From: Octopus vulgaris
Lineage: Eukaryota
DNA: 64,000 bases
Assembly (NCBI GenBank): GCA_951406725.2
Contig: OX597816.1
Location: 134,540,001-134,604,000, forward strand
Direction of reading: 5' to 3'
The translations under genes were made by a program, and so were the position numbers. The notes beneath the pieces are model-generated. The model ran no database searches. It was not told where the DNA came from and saw only the letters and a list, made by a program, of their open reading frames with translations. Position 1 is the stretch's first letter; each line of letters starts with the position of its first letter. Of this stretch, positions 1-12,562 are shown piece by piece.

Positions 1-108
1 CAAAGAAGCTTTCAAATCCAAAAACAAAAGCTTTTGATGGTTTTATAGACATTTCAAAATTATGATGTTATGAAACTAGGTGTTTCCATTATTTTGTCCA
101 ACCCCTGT
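1..108. mobile_element. End (TIR) of a Tc1-like element truncated by the window start
   Basis: ggtgtttccattattttgtccaacccctg|ta is the revcomp of the TIR at 14071. Confidence 0.7.
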
Positions 109-659
109 ATATATATGTTATATGAGACAAGGCATAAATAATGGTCATTACATATTTTTCTTTATTGTAGTAAATTTGACTTACAACTGTTTCCAGTAGT
201 CGTTATAGGTTCATTCTTGATAGGTTTACTCAATCGGCCAATTGATTGGTTCTGTAAAATTGTTTGACCTAAAAATATTAATGCTACTTTCATCAGTCAT
301 TTCTGATTATAACAAAGCAGATCACTGAAGGAATTGTACAGGTATGGGTGGGGAGAGAAGAAAAATAATAAAAATCAATATAAGGTAAGTAGAAGAGAGA
401 TAAAGAGGAAAGGGAAAAAGAAGTGATGATTTGGAAGTGATGGATTGTCTCTCACTAATAACTTTATATATATCATCATCATCATTTATATATATGTGTA
501 TATATACATATATTTATGTGTGTATATATATGTATTATTTATGTATGTATGTGTGTATATATATATATGTATATATGTTTGTGTGTATATATAAATATGT
601 GTGTATAAAGAAGACTGCCGTATATATGTGTATATTTGTGTGTGTGTGTGTGTGTGTCT

Positions 660-870
660 GTCTGTCTGTCTGTGTCTGTACCCTCACCATTGCTTGACAA
701 CCAATGTTACTGTATTTACATTCCCATAACTTAGCGGCTCAGCAAAAGACACCGATACAATAAGTACTTGGCTTACAAAGAATAAACCCTGTGGTTGATA
801 TTTTTGACCAAAGGCGCTGTTCCAGCATGACTGCAGTCACATAACTGAAACAAATAAGACAATAAAAATA
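660..870 (+). mobile_element. SINE family A, 3' module
   Basis: ttgacaacc..cataacttagcggctcagcaaaagacaccgat..ccagcatg..ctgaaac. Confidence 0.7.
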
Positions 871-933
871 TCTATACTATTTTAATCCTGAGCAAGGTTG
901 GGTATCTCTGCTAGTATATATATATATATATAT

Positions 934-982
<49 letters not shown>

Positions 983-1376
983 TATAAATTCCATAAGCAT
1001 TCATTTGAAGTGTTTTGATTTAATATAAAGAAAGATAGACATTGTCATTAGATGATTCAAAGTTCCAGATTGTAACTATCTGCTGTCTTTATCTTTATTT
1101 TATAAGTAATGTTCTTAAGATCAAAATTGCATTATAATTTAATTTAATCTGGTTATAACTTAATGAACTCAAAATATTTTAGGCATATCATATTTAAAAT
1201 GGCTAAAATATGGGGTAGATTGATAGAAGGACTACATTTGTGATGTTCTTGATTTTGAAAATAAGGAATAATTTTGAAGTTAAAAAGAACCTGTTGAATT
1301 ATATGAGTAAAGAATTTTTGTAAATTAATCAAAATTTGTGAAATATAATTACTTTTATTTTATTTACATATTATAG

Positions 1377-1513
1377 AGACATGAGCACTGAAAACCTTAA
1401 ATATTTAAGTAGCATGCAAGCACTTGCTGATTTGGCAAATTTCCGACAGAACATTTCTCCTCAATTTGGTTTTACAAAGAATAAATGGATATCTTTTGGT
1501 GGTTCCTATCCTG
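1377..1513 (+). CDS. PRSS16: S28 peptidase exon ([22 protein letters not shown]...[10 protein letters not shown])
   Basis: ttatag acceptor, G|gtaaat donor, nucleophile motif GGSYPG. Confidence 0.93.
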
Positions 1514-2412
1514 GTAAATAACAGCTTTATATTTTTGAAAGAACTTTCTATAAAATGTTAATCATATTCTCATGACTTATTAAATATAATAGAAGTACAT
1601 AGGAAAAGTGAATCTGAAATATTGCAACAAAATATCTGAGACAATAACCCTGTCCAATTAGTGCTGCTAATCTAGTTACAATGTAATTTAGTGAAACCTT
1701 GCTTAATTTTATTATTGTCAGTTTGTTATTGTTTAGCCTCAGTCAACTCTAATGAAGAAGCCCTATGATCAAAAACACTGTTTTAAGAAGGACAACATTA
1801 TATAGTGGAAGGAAGGGGGTCAATGGGCCACACACCTCAGAATAGATGGTGTGCTCAGCTGTACCTTGTAGTCATGACTGCAATGGTGTTGCTGCATAGA
1901 ATGGCCAGCAACACTTGGTGCAGCCACTCCACTTCACACCACTTTTATCCTGATTTTGCAGAGGAAATTGGTAGTGCAGGATCCAAGGACATCTAAGGTC
2001 TCAACAGCAACTGGAACAAACTGATAGATGCCAATCAGGCTCCTGTATTTATTTATTTTTTTATCTTCTGTATTGTGTGTGGCAATACCCTATCATTTAA
2101 AACATGACCAGCTGTAGAAACTTTGTCAGATCAGATTGGAGCCTCAGTCAAACCATCCAACCCATGCCAACATGGAAAGCGGACGTTAAACAATGATGAC
2201 GATGATGCTGAATCTGCTCCTTTGTCACTTCTATTGTAGCTTTGAAAGAAAATCTGTAAAATCAAACTGCACTCTTCAAAACTTGCACTAAAAATAAAGG
2301 CAAGGTGAAATTACTACCTGTTTTTATAGCAAGTTGATGCAGGTAGTTTATCCCACCCCGCTTCAACCTTTAGTTCATGCAATTGAAAAAACTGCGTTAT
2401 TTATGGGATGAC

Positions 2413-2458
<46 letters not shown>

Positions 2459-4595
2459 TGCCTGTGTGTGTCTGTTTTTGTCCTCCTATCAGCACGTGAC
2501 AACCAGTGTTAGTGTGTTTACATCCCCGTAACTTAGTGGTTCGGCAAAAGAGACCAATAGAATAAGTACCAGGCTTAGAAAATATGTACCAGGGGCGATT
2601 TGTTCAACTATAAATTCAAGGCGTTATCCCACCATGGCCCCAGTCTGATGACTGAATCAGGTAAAAGATAAAAGATAGTGTATGTTTCTCCTTTTTTTAA
2701 GATAGCAGGGTGTGATTTGGAAGAGATATAATTCCTCTCAGATATTCATCAAAGGGAAAATTTCAGCAAAAGTATGTATTTAGATGACTTTATGATTCAT
2801 TGTAATTGATTGTTGTCTAAACACTATCACTGATGTTAATTGCTCAATATATAAATCTAATTTTGAATGTTTCCAAACCACTTTGTTCCTGTTAACCCTT
2901 TTGTTACCATATTTCTGTTCAGATGCTCTGAGTTTCTTTCAAGAAATTTTAAATAAAGCAAAGAATTTAATAAAATAACTTAGTTATCATTAAGCTAGTA
3001 TTAGGAACATAAATTGTGGCTAAGGTTTGGTGGAAGATTTTAATTCAAAACTTACGAAAACAAGACATTTGTACTACAGAGCCAGAGGCAGTTTCAGCTG
3101 GGTTGGTTATGAAAGGGTTAATGTTAAAGAGTTGCTGTGAGCAACTGAATAAAATGTAATTTACTGGATGGATATGGTTTTGTAGCAATGAAAATAGTGT
3201 TCTCTACTCTTATAGACTGTACTAGTTTCTCTGCCATTATAAATTGTATTAGTGTTTTATAGCACTATAGACTATATTGGTGTTCTCTACCAGTATTGTC
3301 TGTATTAATTAATTGTCTAAATTTTAGATTATTTTCTATAATTAAGATGATTATTTTCTGGGATATTGACCTCATTTTACAATGTTTAATTACAATATTT
3401 ATATCTGTATTATGTTTTTGTTGGTTTAAACTCTCTACAGGTTATCTTCATATGTTTAGATTGTAGAAATTTATTATTCACCCCAGTCCAGCCATGATCA
3501 AGCAAACCTGTGATCAAAAATGTTTCTATTGTAATTATTGCATCTTTTATTCATGCATAATGTATCTAAAAGTTCATTATCTAATGCATCCTTCCTATTT
3601 TTTAAGATAGTAGAGTGTTTGGTTACTATTTCTAGCAGGTTGAAGAACTGTGTAGAGGCTCATAGAATTTAGTTTCTCCCTGATGATTAATGTATTGCAG
3701 CCATTGTACTAAAAAAGCCATAAAATAAATAATTATATTGTTAAAGTAAATAACTAAATTGCTCTCCTAATGTTAGTAATTTATATCCGCCTTGTCAGTG
3801 GCACAATTTGAACCTGATACTTTTCAAGTTATTGAACCATTCTTTTAAAAAAAATTGACTCTTTAAAGTTATGTTCACCAACTTTTTTACTATGTATTAT
3901 ATTTATTATATATTTATACATTATACATTATATATTTATCCACCATGGATTTGTTTATTATATCACTTCCATTCTAGGTGCTTTGTCAGCTTGGTTCAGA
4001 TTAAAATACCCACAGCTTGTCGATGGTGCAGTTGCCAGCAGTGCTCCAGTTAATGCTGTGCTTAATTTCAAAGGTAAATAATTTTCATACATTTTTATGT
4101 TTATTTTTCTTTAATCCTTTAGCATTCAGATTTCTCTGTCAAATATAATTGCTTATTTATTCACATTGTTTTGAATTAATGATGCATTATCTCATATCTT
4201 TGAGACTTCAATGATGTGATTATTAATATGTTAAATGACATTGCAGGGTAGGTGTGAAAGGCCAGATCTGGCTGGTTTGAACATAAAACAAATAGAATAT
4301 TTTGGCTGGATATGGGGTTAATGTTTTTTTGTTATTTTTCTTTATTTAAATCAGATTCTGTAAGAATACTTATCCAATGGCTCTAAAGTAACAAGTTTAT
4401 ACCCTGTCACTTTCCTCACCATGACATGGGTAGGACTTGAGATCAAGTTCTGCCCTTGTCAAATCTTTCATCTAAATTGATAAAACAACAACAACCTTAC
4501 AAGCCTGAACTTTTCCTCAGCATCACTATGAATATTACAAGGTTCCAAACTCAGTATTGATGATCCAGTGATGTATATTTACAATATATAATAGG

Positions 4596-4675
<80 letters not shown>

Positions 4676-7600
4676 GTATATATATAATGAGAGAGAGAGA
4701 GTCCAATATTTCACCTTTTTTCTTTTTGATCTCAGTTAGTATTATGACCCCCATGGGCTTCACTTGCACACTTCTTTCATTGTGTCTGTGAGCATAACAT
4801 CTGATCTTTTTAGTATTAGGCGATAGTCAGTCTACTTTCACCATAGTGAGTAGCATATACGAGTTTGATTAATTAGCTTCTTATTGTTGCCTTGTTTATC
4901 TGTTAGAACTTAATGGCTTGCTCCCGAGGGAAACTTTTTAGTAGAGTTAGCTGGCAAATTATAATTCTGAGATGTATAAATACTTTGCATAAAAATTATG
5001 ATCAAACAGTATGTTACCTTCTATATGCCATTGTGGTTTTTTATCATCATTTCTTCCAGATTATTTGCGAGTTGTTACTGAGTCTCTTGCGACATTTGGT
5101 GGTCCTGAGTGTAACACAGCTATTAGCCAAGCAACGGAAGCTATTGAGCAATTACTTAAAACTCCAGCAGGAAGAGATCTGTTGAAGAAAAATTTCAAGT
5201 AAAAATTTGTTTTATTTTGTTAATTGGTAGATGTTGTTGAATAGTTTCTGTTAGCCCTACTTGAACATATCTCTATCATGAATGAATGCAGATCAAATGG
5301 TTTGATCTTTGAGAATTCAATCAGTGTTCTATGTTTATAGTATATTTTTATTGTAGGTGTATTGTTATAATTTATAGGACTTAACATGTTTTAGGGATTT
5401 TGCTGAAATATTTTACCACGATATTAAGCTGATTGAAAATTTACAGAGGCAGGTTTAATGAATCTCATCATTTCATAGCCTATTTCAGTAGTTCAGTCTT
5501 GTAAACTTAAAAGGTTTTTTTTTCCTTTCAATTTGTTCCAGCCTTTGCCAAGAAATTGATATCAGTAATACACTGGATATTTCAAATCTTTTCTCTTCAT
5601 TTTCTGGAAATTTTGAAGGTGTTGTGCAGTACAATAGAGATAATCGGGAATTTGAGGTAAGATCATTAAAAATTGATACTTTAATAATATCACTGTCATC
5701 TTATCTTTTGTACATTGAGCTGAACATCCTCACCAGAGCTCTAAGCAACTTCAACAACTAGTATGGAATGAATCTATTGTCTGTCTTTGGCAAAGTGTTC
5801 TACTGTGTACACCTTACCTGCCTGAAGAGTAAAGCAGACAACAAAGTAATTGATAAATATTTACAAAAAGAGCTGATAGAATTCAGGAAAGTCATGTAGT
5901 GAACTAATTCTACACATTTATTCCAGAGCTGCCTGAGATCAATCTCATTAATTTCAATAAGTCCTTTGGCAGTATTCACAGGAGTTCTGTATGGAGTGCC
6001 CAACTACTACATCAATATCACATGATCACTTTATTGGAAGACATGATGTATCAAAGATGGGAACACAAAAAGGTTCAACATTATCATAAGGATACATTGG
6101 GGATTTTCTATACGGCAAATGGGAATGAGAAAAACTTGCTGACTTTGACTTCCTTGATGAGCTGGGATTCTTTACTACTACATCTATGGTTATACAAGGC
6201 ATGACTACCAGTCTTAGTAACAATAGCTTAAAGGTTGGTTTTTGAATCAGCAATGAAAAGGTGAAAGAGAGAATTATTTAGGTGACACAGCAGTAATATG
6301 TCTGGATGGAAGGCCAGACTTTTGAAATTGTTGATTCATTTACATTTCTAGACAGTAACATTGCTAATAATGGAAATTCAAAAACTGATATGGGGAAGAG
6401 ACCCAGCAATGCTTTGCTATCTCTCAGCATTTGAACTGCATGGGTCAGCTCATCCATCAAACAAGGCACTAAACTCCATCTATATTCATCAGTCATCATG
6501 CTGCCAGCAAACTTAAGCCTGTGAAGTGTGGAAAAATACCTGCAGAATCTACAAAACTGCAGATGTTTTCCACAGAATTTACCTTTGAATCATACTAAGA
6601 ATTTCTTGGCATGGGCACATCACAAATATAAAAGCCACAGAAAGGGATAATTTGAATACCCAACCTACAGAATACTGTGGCAAACAATGGTCAGCCACAT
6701 ATAGCACATGTCCATGAAGAGACCAGTGAGATCTTCTCTTGTATAGAAATCAGAAGAGCAAGTGCATAACAAGCAAGGTAGACTTGGTTGAAGGCTGTGG
6801 ATGAGAATGTAGCTGAAGGAACTTGTGCCCATGCTGGGTGGAGATAACTTGCCTGATACTCCAGTAGTTCAGATAGAAGTTCTTTGTAGAAACTGCTCAT
6901 GCTACTTCTGCGATGCACATTTATTACAGTCACGAACATCTTGAGTAATTAGTTATTTAGGTCATCTTTTACACTTACTAATCTCTCTTTTTCTCTTACT
7001 ATCAATAAACCTTTAACATTATTATCAGTTTAGAAAATGTCCTATCTTTTTTTCTTTATATCATAATTGCACATTATGATATAAATGCACATTGTCCACC
7101 TCCCCTCCAATATCTCTGTACTTGCTATTGTTTTTATATTTGTTGAAACTATGATAATCAGCTAAAGAGAAGCCTACCAAAGTCTTGTAATAATTATTAG
7201 TAATCTAAGTAATTGGGAGACTAGTAAACTGGTGGTTGTTAAGAAAGGCATCCAGTCATAGAAACACTGCCAGAGCAGTCACTGGAAACCAATGCAGATC
7301 TCAAGCTAGTTGGATTCTGTTAAACCATCCAACCCATGTGAGCTTGGTATATAGATCATAAATGATGATGAGGAGGAGCAGGGAGCAGTGTAAAACACAG
7401 CCAAAATCTGAAACTAAGGGTAAAGATCACTGATGTAAGAAACAATCATTTATTTTCATTAATGTTGTCTTAACTTTTATATTGATTTTTTGCTGTTGTC
7501 ATCATCATCATAATCATCATTTTTCATTACTGCTATGTATTGAACGATTTTTAAAAATTTTATTTCATTTTCATTTTTAATTTAGTAATTTATTTTTGTT

Positions 7601-8114
7601 CTTCTTTCTATTTCAGCATGTCAAAGGAACAAATATAACAATTACTACCCTCTGCAATATTATGACAAATAAGAACTATGGGTCTCCTATTGATAGATAT
7701 GCAAGAGTTAACCAGTTAATGCTTAAAACACAAGAAGAAGAGTGCCTTGATTTCAGTTATAAAGAAATGATTAAAGATCTCAGAGAGACCTCATGGAATT
7801 CAAGTGCTGCTGAAGGAGGTACATACTTTTGTATTTTAGTTTCTGACTCTTAAATCATCATTTAGCATCTTTCCATGCTGGCATGGACTGGATGGTTTGA
7901 CAGCATCTGGCAAGCCAGAGGATTGCACCAAGCTCTACTATCTACTTTGGCATGGCTTCTACACCTGGATGCCCTTCCTAATGCCAACCATTATTCAGGG
8001 TATATTGGGGGCTTTTTACATGGAACCAGCACTGGCAAAGTGGGTGTGTATAAGTATGTATAATTTTGTATGTGCACGTGCATGTATGTATATATGTATG
8101 TGTGTATGTATGTA

Positions 8115-8159
<45 letters not shown>

Positions 8160-11133
8160 GTATATGTGTGTGTATGTATGTATGTATATGTATGTATGTA
8201 TGTATATGTGTGTATATGTATGTATGTATATGTGTGTATATATATATATGTATGTATATGTGTGTGTGTATATATATATGTATGTATATGTGTGTGTGTA
8301 TATATATGTATGTATATGTGTGTGTGTATATATATGTATGTATATGTGTGTGTGTATATATATGTATGTATATGTGTGTGTGTATATATATGTATGTATG
8401 TATATGTGTGTGTGTGTATATATGTATGTATGTATATGTGTGTGTGTATATATATGTATGTATGTATATGTGTGTGTGTGTGTATATATATATATGTGTG
8501 TGTATATATATGTCTGATTTCGTGTGTGTGTGTGTATCAGGTCATCCCATAAGTTCTGTCCGATTTTACCTATTTTTAAAATTGAATGAAATTTAATTGT
8601 GTTTTAGAATGTCTAATGGAATTAAAAGTTATTTTTATGCATTTGTGTACATTTAAACTAATTAAATATTATTTTACAGAATAATAGAATTAAAATTTCT
8701 TTGATTAAAACCCTTTCTAACATGGAAGTATCCAAAGAGCATTTGAGGCACATAATGCTTTATGAGTACAAAAAAGGAAACTTTGCAGCTGAAGCAACTT
8801 GAAACATACACTCAGTTTATGGGAAAGAATGCTTGAATGAAAGAACTTCCAGATGGTTTGCAAAATTCAGAAGTGGATTACCACTGTGTACTTGTCTGAT
8901 GCTTTGTACTGAATCATCATCATGATCATTTAACGTCTTTTCTCCATGCTGGCACGGGTTGGATGGCTTGACAGGAGCTGACAAGCTGGAGAGCTGCCCA
9001 GGCTCCAATTGTCTGTTTTGGTATGGTTTCGACAGCTGGACTCCCTTCCTAACGCCAATCACTTTACAGAGTGTACTGGGTGCACTTTATGTGGCACCAG
9101 CACAGGTGCTTCTTACTTGGTGTCAGCACAAGTGCTTCTTATGTGGTGCCGGCATGAGTGCTTTTTATGTGAAGCATGTATATTGAGTTCTAACAGCAGG
9201 TTATTAGTATTGCAATGCCTAAGTGAAGTATTAAAGTATGTACATATATACATAGTTATTTATTTACTTATTTTATAAAGGCCGGCAGTGGATTTATCAA
9301 ACCTGTACTGAATTTGGATATTTTCAAACATCAGATTTTCCTAAACAGCCATTTGGTCATTATTACCCTCTAAGGTAAGAATATGTTTGAAACAATTTAT
9401 GTTGTATTTCATTACAGTTAAATATTCTTTGTATCAAATTCAGTGAAAGTCTATAAGAGAAAGTGGTCTGTTGACTAAAAATTATCTGCAGGAGTAAAGA
9501 AGTGATGAAATTGGGACTCGAGATGCCGAACTTCATGGACAAAATAATATTGAAACAAGAAGAATGATAGTATGCTGTATCCATACCAGCTTGTGTACAA
9601 TGGACAGTGGTGCAGTGATGATGAATTATTAAGTTTTATTTTTGCCAGTTTAAAAGGTTTTATGTCTACATAGTGCATTTATGGTTCTTCTCAATGTCAG
9701 CTCTTTACAGTCAGACCCTCTTCCATCAGCATCTGTAGGATGCCAGGAGAAAGTTTTGAACACCTTGAAAACGGTGGAGAGTAACCATCATCCTCAGCAT
9801 TGTCTTTATCTTCTAAAGATTTTCAAAAGAATTATAGATTTCTCTGATTCATGAGTAACAAATATTTAATAAACTTGTTACTATAGAATATCCAGACGCA
9901 TTCTAAAATATATTTTTTGATGTGTACTGTTTTCTGTCTCAGTATTTCAGGTCAGATATGTATGGATTTATTTGGTAAGAAATTTAACCTCAACTTAACC
10001 AGTGCAGGCATTCAGTGGACCAATGCAAACTATGGTGCTTTACATCTAAGTGGTTCTCGTATTATTCTACCCAATGGTTCTATAGATCCTTGGCATGCTC
10101 TAGGAGTTCTTAGTGATATATCTAAAGATGTTAAAGCAGTCTATATAAATGGTAAGTCATCATTTTGCTTATGTTAGTCTCTGTGTCTTTGGTAAAGAAA
10201 CGTATTCCTTATCTTTTAACAGTCACTATGTGGAGATTCTCTTTACTGAACTTGGTTTCCCATCAATGCCATAAATATAGAAATGACTTTTAGTACAGTT
10301 TTCCTTTTATGCAAGACTCTCTCTCTAAAGTAGGCAATTTATGCAAGAATCTGAAGTAAAAATTCCTTCTAACACTGACTTCAATTTTTCAGACCCTCTA
10401 TTGTTTTGTACTCCAAACATCATGTAAACTACTTATTTCTTGTATTGCTATTGACTTTAACGTATATATCAAAGATTCACTTTAGCAGGTACGTCTTTCT
10501 GTAATTAACTGTAAAAAAAATAGCTTTTGGTGATCATATCTTGAGAAATGGCCTACCTTTTAAATTTCACAGTTTTTGAGAGACAACTTCTAGAACTCAT
10601 CATCATCATATGTCCACTTCCCACATTGGTATGGGTTGGACAATTTGACATGGAGCTGGCTTGCAGGGAGCTATCCAGACTCCAAGTGTTTGTTGTGGCA
10701 TGGTTTCTATGGTTGGATGTCCTTCCTAATGCTAACCACTTAACAGAATGTGCAGGGTGCTTTACGTGAGCCACCAGCACAGGTGCTTTTTAAGTGGCAC
10801 TGGCACTGACTGGACAAGCCTATATGTGTGCAAGACAGCGATTTTACTTAGCTTGATATGTCTTATCAAGTACAGCAAATCACCACATCTCCCGGTCCCT
10901 TAGTAAAATTTGTTTCATCTGAAAATTCTCTCATGTGCTCATCAGTGTCACTATAAATGCTAAATTGATTCAATGGTTTGCTTTGTTATGCTATGCTGAA
11001 TAATGCAATTCATTTTCTTCTATTAGGTACAGCTCATTGTGCTAATATGTATCCTGCTGCTGCATCTGACCCACTGGCATTGGTACTGGCTCGTCAGGAG
11101 ATTTCCGAGTTTGTTGGAAAGTGGTTGTTGTGA
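1377..11133 (+). CDS. PRSS16: Peptidase S28 family serine protease (PRSS16 / K12H4.7-like), 5'-partial; join(1377..1513,3978..4073,5060..5198,5542..5656,7617..7818,9281..9374,9943..10151,11027..11133)
   Basis: Eight GT-AG exons splice in frame, giving [80 protein letters not shown]. Catalytic Ser (GGSYPG), Asp (DPWH) and His (AHC) are present. Orthology to PRSS16 itself is inferred. Confidence 0.93.
1870..2090 (-). mobile_element. CRE/NeSL-like retrotransposon fragment (restriction-like endonuclease C-terminus)
   Basis: [30 protein letters not shown]...[13 protein letters not shown] matches the E..K..KY..L....F.P.AVET.G..G motif. Confidence 0.65.
2455..2680 (+). mobile_element. SINE family A, 3' module
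   Basis: Homologous to 660-870. Confidence 0.7.
2896..3117 (+). mobile_element. piggyBac-type MITE, family 1
   Basis: TTAA|CCCTTTTGTTACC ... GGTTATGAAAGGG|TTAA; second copy at 29700-29920. Confidence 0.8.
3978..4073 (+). CDS. PRSS16: S28 peptidase exon ([31 protein letters not shown])
   Basis: ttctag acceptor, gtaaat donor, conserved AW.R.KYP...GA.ASSAP motif. Confidence 0.93.
4115..4317 (+). mobile_element. piggyBac-type MITE, family 2
   Basis: TTAA flanks; homologous to 51774-51993 and 49424-49645. Confidence 0.7.
5060..5198 (+). CDS. PRSS16: S28 peptidase exon ([21 protein letters not shown]...LLKKNF)
   Basis: ttccag acceptor, gtaaaa donor, phase-compatible with neighbouring exons. Confidence 0.88.
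5542..5656 (+). CDS. PRSS16: S28 peptidase exon (LCQEID...[17 protein letters not shown])
   Basis: ttccag acceptor, gtaaga donor, conserved VVQYN.DN motif. Confidence 0.9.
6000..6900 (+). mobile_element. Highly decayed RTE-like LINE remnant
   Basis: [17 protein letters not shown] resembles the RTE EVVDSFTYLGS motif; many stops. Confidence 0.45.
7617..7818 (+). CDS. PRSS16: S28 peptidase exon ([16 protein letters not shown]...CLDFSY...SAAEG)
   Basis: tttcag acceptor, gtacat donor; lies within ORF 7596..7853. Confidence 0.9.
7855..8040 (-). mobile_element. RTE 3' tail copy
   Basis: tcatcattt..ccatgctggcatgg..ctggatgcccttcctaatgccaacc. Confidence 0.8.
8055..8535. repeat. Compound (TA)/(TG)/(TATG) microsatellite
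   Basis: Directly visible; other (TA)n or mixed tracts at ~490-675, 915-978, 2416-2458, 4597-4685, 12503-12560, 12700-12835, 23036-23117, 55690-55817, 56046-56085. Confidence 0.95.
8537..8880 (+). mobile_element. Mariner 5' fragment (TIR plus pseudogenised N-terminal HTH)
   Basis: TA|TCAGGTCATCCCATAAGTTCTGTCCG; from 8722 [28 protein letters not shown]...WFAKFRSG. Confidence 0.8.
8913..9175 (-). mobile_element. RTE 3' tail copy
   Basis: (TCA)n, tttaacgtc..ccatgctggcacgggttggatgg. Confidence 0.8.
9281..9374 (+). CDS. PRSS16: S28 peptidase exon ([25 protein letters not shown])
   Basis: ataaag acceptor, gtaaga donor, hallmark [12 protein letters not shown] motif. Confidence 0.93.
9943..10151 (+). 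CDS. PRSS16: S28 peptidase exon (ICMDLFG...TNANYG...[11 protein letters not shown]...YIN)
   Basis: tctcag acceptor keeps the frame; gtaagt donor; catalytic Asp in DPWH. Confidence 0.9.
10598..10905 (-). mobile_element. RTE 3' tail copy
   Basis: Same motifs; extends toward the RTE ORF end (compare ~59095-59280). Confidence 0.75.
11027..11133 (+). CDS. PRSS16: S28 peptidase last coding exon (TAHCANMY...VGKWLL*)
   Basis: tattag acceptor, catalytic His in AHC, TGA stop; AATAAA at ~11133, ~11371 and ~11414. Confidence 0.93.
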
Positions 11134-12499
11134 ATAAATAGGCATGTCTTAAAAAGATTTTAGGCATTTGATATGTTGATATAAAAAATATATGACTTCT
11201 AAAAAATTTGTATTTAGGCAAAAAGATCAAAACTAACAAACAGATATGAATTAAAACAGCATTTTTAAAAAACAAACAGAAAAGATATGTGGAAGTAACT
11301 TCATCAAAAGAAATAATGGAATTCATTATTAAAAATAATCAACATACACAAGTTTACTTTATAGAAATACAATAAAAGTTCAAATATACAAAAATATATA
11401 TTTTAAAAAATTCAATAAATTTCCGTGTCAATTTAAACCCCATCCAACTGGATTCTACTATGAATGTTTTTTATAATAAAATATAAGTGTTTTTAAAAAA
11501 AGGGTTTCCCCATCGATTTATACTGACATTCCCCTCCTTCCACATAAAATTTAAAATTATATTTCGATAACAAATTAAATCAAAATAACTTTTTATTATG
11601 TTTTTATAGATTTCCTCAAAACATTGAATTTCATTTCTTTTGTGTTTACAGTTGTTGTAAAGCTTAATGGATGACAATATCAATATACAGCAGAACAAAA
11701 TGAATTGCAGTATTTAGTTATGTGCATTTATGTTCTGAGTTTAAATCCTGCTGGGATACTTTCCTTTGTATAATTATAACAGGTGTTTACAAATAATACA
11801 AATACAATAATTATAAGATTGAAAGAAATATTATAATAATATAAATATTTATGATCACTTATAAATATATTGATAACTGTGATAAACAATTCAAATGAAA
11901 TGAATTAAAGAAAGCAATAACACACTCATATAAAAGGATTTTTCCAATAATCTTTTTTATCAAACTATGTGCAATATATGAATTTCTGTCAGTTTCCATA
12001 ATTTCCATGTTTAATAGAAATCTTATGAGTTCAGTTAGGTATAAATTTCTAGACCTCTAGGTTTTCTAACATTTATGTTATATAATTTTTTTCTTCTTTA
12101 TATTTCAAAGCTTTTTTTTTAATGCCTGGATGCACTTTTTACCATTAATTATGTAGCCTAAAATAGGAGAGATTGTTGTCATCTCGGTAGAATTATGTGT
12201 ACCTTGTTCAGAGCAAAAGAAAATAGCTGTTTCAAGGTTTAAATTTGCAACCATAATCTAGTACCCTTGTCTAAGTTTATACAATATCAATTACAATATT
12301 CATTCACATTATATTAGCCTTGTCAATCTTCTTTAGTTATTACCCACTGATTGCTTTTAATCTAAATGCTAAAGAAATATTTATTGTTTAAGAAATCTTT
12401 ATCTCTTGATGATTATTGGTACCATGACATCTTGAAGGTTATATTCAAAAGAAAATTCCTTTATACGATAGAAACCTACAAACTTTTATTGTTTCAATC

Positions 12500-12562
<63 letters not shown>

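Noticed and set aside
7897-8596. Three overlapping ORFs of 160-206 aa (also 431-697, 12577-13089, 55575-55940)
   Set aside because: Translations of (TA)/(TG) microsatellites (Y/I/C/V/M runs); not genes
9943-9951. Alternative acceptor tttcag at 9950 in the S28 gene
   Set aside because: Shifts the frame and reaches TAA within about 8 codons; the 9942 acceptor preserves the catalytic Asp exon
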